Of a DNA stretch of 64,000 nucleotides, positions 60,059 to 64,000 are shown one piece after another. This DNA is from Bdellovibrionales bacterium RIFOXYD12_FULL_39_22 (GTDB taxonomy: Bacteria > Bdellovibrionota > Bacteriovoracia > Bacteriovoracales > Bacteriovoracaceae). The notes beneath the pieces were generated by a model, which was not told the DNA's origin, made no database searches, and worked only from the letters and a program-made list of their open reading frames with translations. Position numbers and translations under genes: made by a program. Location: the NCBI GenBank assembly GCA_001770205.1, contig MEQL01000042.1, forward strand, positions 1-64,000, given 5' to 3'. Numbering within the stretch: the first letter of the stretch is position 1; each line of letters starts with the position of its first letter.

Positions 60059-60979
60059 CTAACGGCCACCATTTAATGCGGCAATTCTCTTCTCTAGCGG
60101 TGGATGAGTGGACATAATTTCGGCCCAACTCATCTGGTTTGAAATATTTAAGGCCGGTGCATGCCCACGTTGCCCAAGAACACTCTCATCTTGCGCATGG
60201 GCCTGGCGAATTTGAGGATAAGCGCGCTTAAGCGCATTCAATGCTTTTACCATACTATTCTTACTAACAAACTGAGCGCTTCCAGCATCTGCCCGATACT
60301 CTCTTGCGCGAGAAAACCATGCTACTATCGGATAGGCCAATATTCCAAAAACCGTCATTAGCATTTGACGTAAAAAATAGTGCGCTAATCCGCCCAATCC
60401 TCTTCCATTATCATCGTTGCGCCTAGTAGCGTTACTAATTATTTCTGCCACCACATAGGCAAAAAACATTACAAACGCATTAACTACTCCTTGAATAATC
60501 GTCATGGTAACCATATCACCATTAACAATGTGGGCAACTTCATGCCCGATAACACCATCTACCTCTTCGTTATCCATTCGCTCCAGCAACGCCGTGGAAA
60601 GTGCAACCAAGGAATCATCCTTGGATCTGCCGGTGGCAAAAGCGTTGACGTCATGAGATCGGAAAACTCCCACCTCTGGCATAGTGTTCATTCCTGCACG
60701 TTTTGCAATATTGTGCACTCGCAAAACAAGTGCACTCTGTGGGCCGGTGGGCGATAGGATTTCCACTCCATGAAATGTTTTTGCCATCCATTTGGAAAGC
60801 AGTAACGAAATAAACGCCCCTCCCATTCCCCAAAAAAGACAGATAGCAAATAGTTGAGGATATCCTCCTCCTAAGTAGTAGTATAAAATTTGATTAAGCC
60901 CAAAAACTTCGATTATCAAAGAGAGCACCGCCATTATGGCGATGTTAACAAGCAAACCTAAAAAGATTGTTCTAAACAT
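60059..60979 (-). CDS. htpX: Membrane zinc protease HtpX
   Basis: NAFATG, GHEVAHIVNGDMVTM, FSRAREYRAD, STHPPLEKRI; ATG 60979 after AGGAG. Confidence 0.93.
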   Translation of the reverse strand: MFRTIFLGLLVNIAIMAVLSLIIEVFGLNQILYYYLGGGYPQLFAICLFWGMGGAFISLLLSKWMAKTFHGVEILSPTGPQSALVLRVHNIAKRAGMNTMPEVGVFRSHDVNAFATGRSKDDSLVALSTALLERMDNEEVDGVIGHEVAHIVNGDMVTMTIIQGVVNAFVMFFAYVVAEIISNATRRNDDNGRGLGGLAHYFLRQMLMTVFGILAYPIVAWFSRAREYRADAGSAQFVSKNSMVKALNALKRAYPQIRQAHAQDESVLGQRGHAPALNISNQMSWAEIMSTHPPLEKRIAALNGGR

Positions 60980-60998
60980 AAACTTTACTCCTAATAAA

Positions 60999-61451
60999 CT
61001 AATTTTTTGTTCTGGACAATATTTCTTTGACCGGAATATTATTCTGGGAATCATCCGCTGACAACTGAGAATAATCGGCCCTGGAATTGATATAGCGCCG
61101 AAGCTTGATTCGCGCCTCCTCATCAATCCCTAAAAATAAAATACCGATAGTAAAAGAGCGATCTCTATTTTGAGGCGACTTATTTCTAACTTGCCCCTTT
61201 AGCGCAAAAGACTTTTCCCCAGGTAATTTTATAGATATGTCTACATACTTATTCATCTTCCAAACTTTATATTCATTAAATAGTGTTACGCTTACCCCTC
61301 CCAAACTTATATCCTTTGCGTTAACCGTATCGTAAACATTTCCGCCTATAATATCTACTAAAATGGGGTTCATGGCATCTGGCGAAACACGGACAAATTT
61401 ACGATCTTTGGCGCTTTTTTTGCGAAAAATTGAAAAAAACCAAGAAAACAT
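60999..61451 (-). CDS. PilZ domain protein
   Basis: RKFVR (RxxxR) and DISLGG (DxSxxG), GILF. Confidence 0.8.
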   Translation of the reverse strand: MFSWFFSIFRKKSAKDRKFVRVSPDAMNPILVDIIGGNVYDTVNAKDISLGGVSVTLFNEYKVWKMNKYVDISIKLPGEKSFALKGQVRNKSPQNRDRSFTIGILFLGIDEEARIKLRRYINSRADYSQLSADDSQNNIPVKEILSRTKN

Positions 61452-61456
61452 AACTT

Positions 61457-61831
61457 CTATTCCTTCACACCCAGCGCCCGCTTAACCGCAGCAATTAACT
61501 TATCCTCAGAAAACGGTTTGTTAATAAACATTACATCAGACAATGTTTCAAAAAATTGGCGGGCCTCAGCAATAAATCCAGAAATAACTAAAATAGGAGT
61601 TTGCTTATTTATATTCTCTCTCTCTCTTAGTGCTACCACCAATCCCCCACCGGTCATGATCGGCATACGATGATCTGTACAAATGAGGTCAAATTTTTCT
61701 CTCTCCGCCTGCTGATAGGCATCCAAACCATTACCCGCGGAATTAATAATGCACTCTAAATTAGCAGAAAGCATCTCTTTGATTATTTCTACAATTTCTG
61801 GCTCATCATCTACAACTAAAATTTTATACAT
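61457..61831 (-). CDS. Single-domain response regulator
   Basis: ILVVDDE, TDHRMP, ISG, KP; ATG 61831. Confidence 0.88.
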   Translation of the reverse strand: MYKILVVDDEPEIVEIIKEMLSANLECIINSAGNGLDAYQQAEREKFDLICTDHRMPIMTGGGLVVALRERENINKQTPILVISGFIAEARQFFETLSDVMFINKPFSEDKLIAAVKRALGVKE

Positions 61832-61997
61832 AGACAATCTCTGATAGTGGTTTAAGTTCACACCAAAATACCTTCTACATGGTAGCATATTTTTGAATTG
61901 GTATACATTTTTTAATTATTGTTTGTGAAAAAAAGCTATCCATTGTAACCTTATTGCTAGAAGCAGAATATTTAGTTTATGTAAAGGATTCACTGGG

Positions 61998-63155
61998 ATG
62001 GATAATAAAATACTGGATAATAAAAGCATTCTTATTATCGATGATGATGAGTCATTTAATCAGTTTTTAACCTTAGTCTTGAAAAAAATTGGAAATTTTC
62101 AAATAGATGCTGAAACGGATCCTCAAGTAGGTTTTAATAAAATACTTTTTTATAAACCCGACTTAATTATTCTGGATATCGTAATGCCTGGCAGTGATGG
62201 CATAAACGTCGGTAAGGCAATAGACATAATTCACGACAAAGGCATTCCAACTATATTTATCTCCGCCGATCGCTCCTACGAAAAACAGATTAAACCAAAA
62301 CATTTCCAAAATGTTGTAACTTTTTTGCCAAAGCCAATCAAAAAAGAAGTTTTAGAAAAAACAATAGTTGATGTTTTCACTCGCGCATTAGAAAAAAAAC
62401 GTACTCCTTCAGAGAGTCAACGATATGTTACTTATTCTCGTCCACTCCCGCTTGTAATCATTGCCCTTTTGCATATTTTTGAACCCCTTTCCAAAATCTT
62501 ATATTTTAAGGCCTCTACTGAGTTTCCATTTTCGATAGTTTTTAACAACATTTTGGCCATTGATAATCCTAAAAGTTTTTTTGAATTTTGGTTACTCTTT
62601 CCATTAGCTGGTGCGGCATTACTCAGCGTTAGACAATGGGCCTACATCTTTTTCTTACTAGTCCAGGCCTATGCCATCTTTTTACATCTGACCTATAAGG
62701 CATTTACCTGGCCATATATTAGTCAATCTCCTTTGGTCTCTTCATCTCTTTTGTTGGCCGCGAATGTTTTGTTAATCATCTATTTTTTAATACCAGCAGT
62801 GCGTCGCCCCTTTTTCAACCGCCGCCTACGCTGGTGGGAAACTGCCCCGCGCTTTGATATTAATATTCCCTGCACTATCGCCCGCGCCAGCGGCCAACTA
62901 GTAGATTGTCGCTTAGTTAATCTCTCCAAAACTGGCGCCTTCATTCGTCCGCCTATTGAACTATCAATGTTTGAAAGTATTTCTATAAAATTTTCTTTTT
63001 ATAATTTGACCTTTGCCTTACGTGCTAGAGTGGTCAACAAACATACTGTCGAAGATTTTAGTGGTTACGGTGTAAAATTTAAATTTGTACAATTCGGTAG
63101 TAAATGGAACATGTCTAAACTAATTCGGGCCTTGCGAGTGTTGCACGGCCAATGA
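61998..63155 (+). CDS. REC - 4TM - PilZ fusion protein
   Basis: IIDDD..LDIVMP..ISA..KP; four TMs; RLRWWETAPRF..NLSKTG..YGVKF. Confidence 0.8.
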   Translation: MDNKILDNKSILIIDDDESFNQFLTLVLKKIGNFQIDAETDPQVGFNKILFYKPDLIILDIVMPGSDGINVGKAIDIIHDKGIPTIFISADRSYEKQIKPKHFQNVVTFLPKPIKKEVLEKTIVDVFTRALEKKRTPSESQRYVTYSRPLPLVIIALLHIFEPLSKILYFKASTEFPFSIVFNNILAIDNPKSFFEFWLLFPLAGAALLSVRQWAYIFFLLVQAYAIFLHLTYKAFTWPYISQSPLVSSSLLLAANVLLIIYFLIPAVRRPFFNRRLRWWETAPRFDINIPCTIARASGQLVDCRLVNLSKTGAFIRPPIELSMFESISIKFSFYNLTFALRARVVNKHTVEDFSGYGVKFKFVQFGSKWNMSKLIRALRVLHGQ

Positions 63156-63161
63156 GAAAAA

Positions 63162-63554
63162 CTATTCGGTAAGTCGTCTTACTTTAGCAATAAGATCTTT
63201 AGGGTTAATCGGTTTTTCAACAAAGTCCTGCACCGGTAACCAGGAATCATCGCGATCCTTATTGGAAAAAGTTCCGGCATAAGATCCCTTTGCGTTAACC
63301 GCTGATAGCATCAGAATAGGAATTTTGCTAGTGCGAGCATCTTCTTTAATTGCTCTGGCCATTTCAAAACCGGCACCTTCATTTTCTGGAAACATAACAT
63401 CCAAAATAATTAAATCCGGTGCAAAATTTAAAATATTATTTACAACATTTTCCTCATCGTACTGGGCCGCAATTTTATGGCCAACACTCTCTAATGCAAT
63501 AGTCATTGATTCAACAATATTTCTATCATCATCAACAATATAGATTTTTTTCAT
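63162..63554 (-). CDS. Single-domain response regulator
   Basis: IVDDD, LDVMFP, LSA, EKP. Confidence 0.88.
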   Translation of the reverse strand: MKKIYIVDDDRNIVESMTIALESVGHKIAAQYDEENVVNNILNFAPDLIILDVMFPENEGAGFEMARAIKEDARTSKIPILMLSAVNAKGSYAGTFSNKDRDDSWLPVQDFVEKPINPKDLIAKVRRLTE

Positions 63555-63696
63555 GTTGTGTCCCCTACCAATAAGTGTTTTAATTTTACAGCTAATATAC
63601 TACATTACTTATGCGCTAAAATGCAAAGAACAATTCTCACTGAAAATGGCCGATCTTTTTGGTTGGCCTTTTACCCAAAGGGAGCAAAGTCATTCC

Positions 63697-64000
63697 ATGA
63701 ACAAAGACATTATTGCCATCGTTGGGGCCGGAACTGGTGGCCATGCCATTATTGAAACCCTTTTAAAAATACCCAGTGCTGAAATTCGTTATGTATACGA
63801 CATTAATCAAAATGCTAGCGGCATTTTACTGGCCCAAAAGCATAATATCCCCTGTTTTTTTGATTCCGAATATTCGCAGATTGCTCATAACGACTCCATC
63901 GATGTAATTTTCGAAGTTACAGGGAACAAAGAAATTTTAGCCTACTTGAAAACAATTCGCTCCGAAAAAACCAACCTAATTGCGGCCTCCAGTACTAAAA
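63697..64000 (+). CDS. Partial gene starting with a Gfo/Idh/MocA-like Rossmann domain (runs off window)
   Basis: Not in the ORF track; MNKDIIAIVGAGTGG..YVYDINQNASGILLA..IDVIFEVTG; GGAG upstream. Confidence 0.7.
   Translation, partial: MNKDIIAIVGAGTGGHAIIETLLKIPSAEIRYVYDINQNASGILLAQKHNIPCFFDSEYSQIAHNDSIDVIFEVTGNKEILAYLKTIRSEKTNLIAASSTK

Noticed and set aside
60980..61126. Long N-terminal extension of HtpX overlapping the PilZ gene
   Set aside because: True start is most likely ATG 60979 with an AGGAG RBS; the extension is an ORF-caller artefact

Overview
Gene-dense, AT-rich (roughly 37-40% GC by eye) bacterial chromosomal segment. Gene content suggests a diderm, probably a Bdellovibrionota/Bacteriovoracia-like organism (inference from several PilZ proteins, sigma-28-like promoters and many secreted orphan proteins). 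Housekeeping blocks: pyrC-pyrF-pyrE-pyrD, purA, selD, dsbD, nifU-like, htpX. There is a complete MoxR/DUF58/BatA-E (Bat) operon that is unusually extended by a translationally coupled TlpA-thioredoxin/BatD-like fusion and a TPR + SurA-like chaperone lacking a PPIase domain, with dsbD about 4 kb away. Also present: three paralogous exported beta-helix proteins (one behind a LamB-like porin and MalK-like ATPase), a divergent pair of PAP2 phosphatases with beta-strand C-terminal tails, c-di-GMP and two-component genes, and a probable frameshifted SEC-C pseudogene. At DNA level the palindrome GGCC is strongly over-represented throughout. No rRNA, tRNA, CRISPR array, transposase or integrase was recognised. 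All protein calls come from motif recognition by eye, not database searches.
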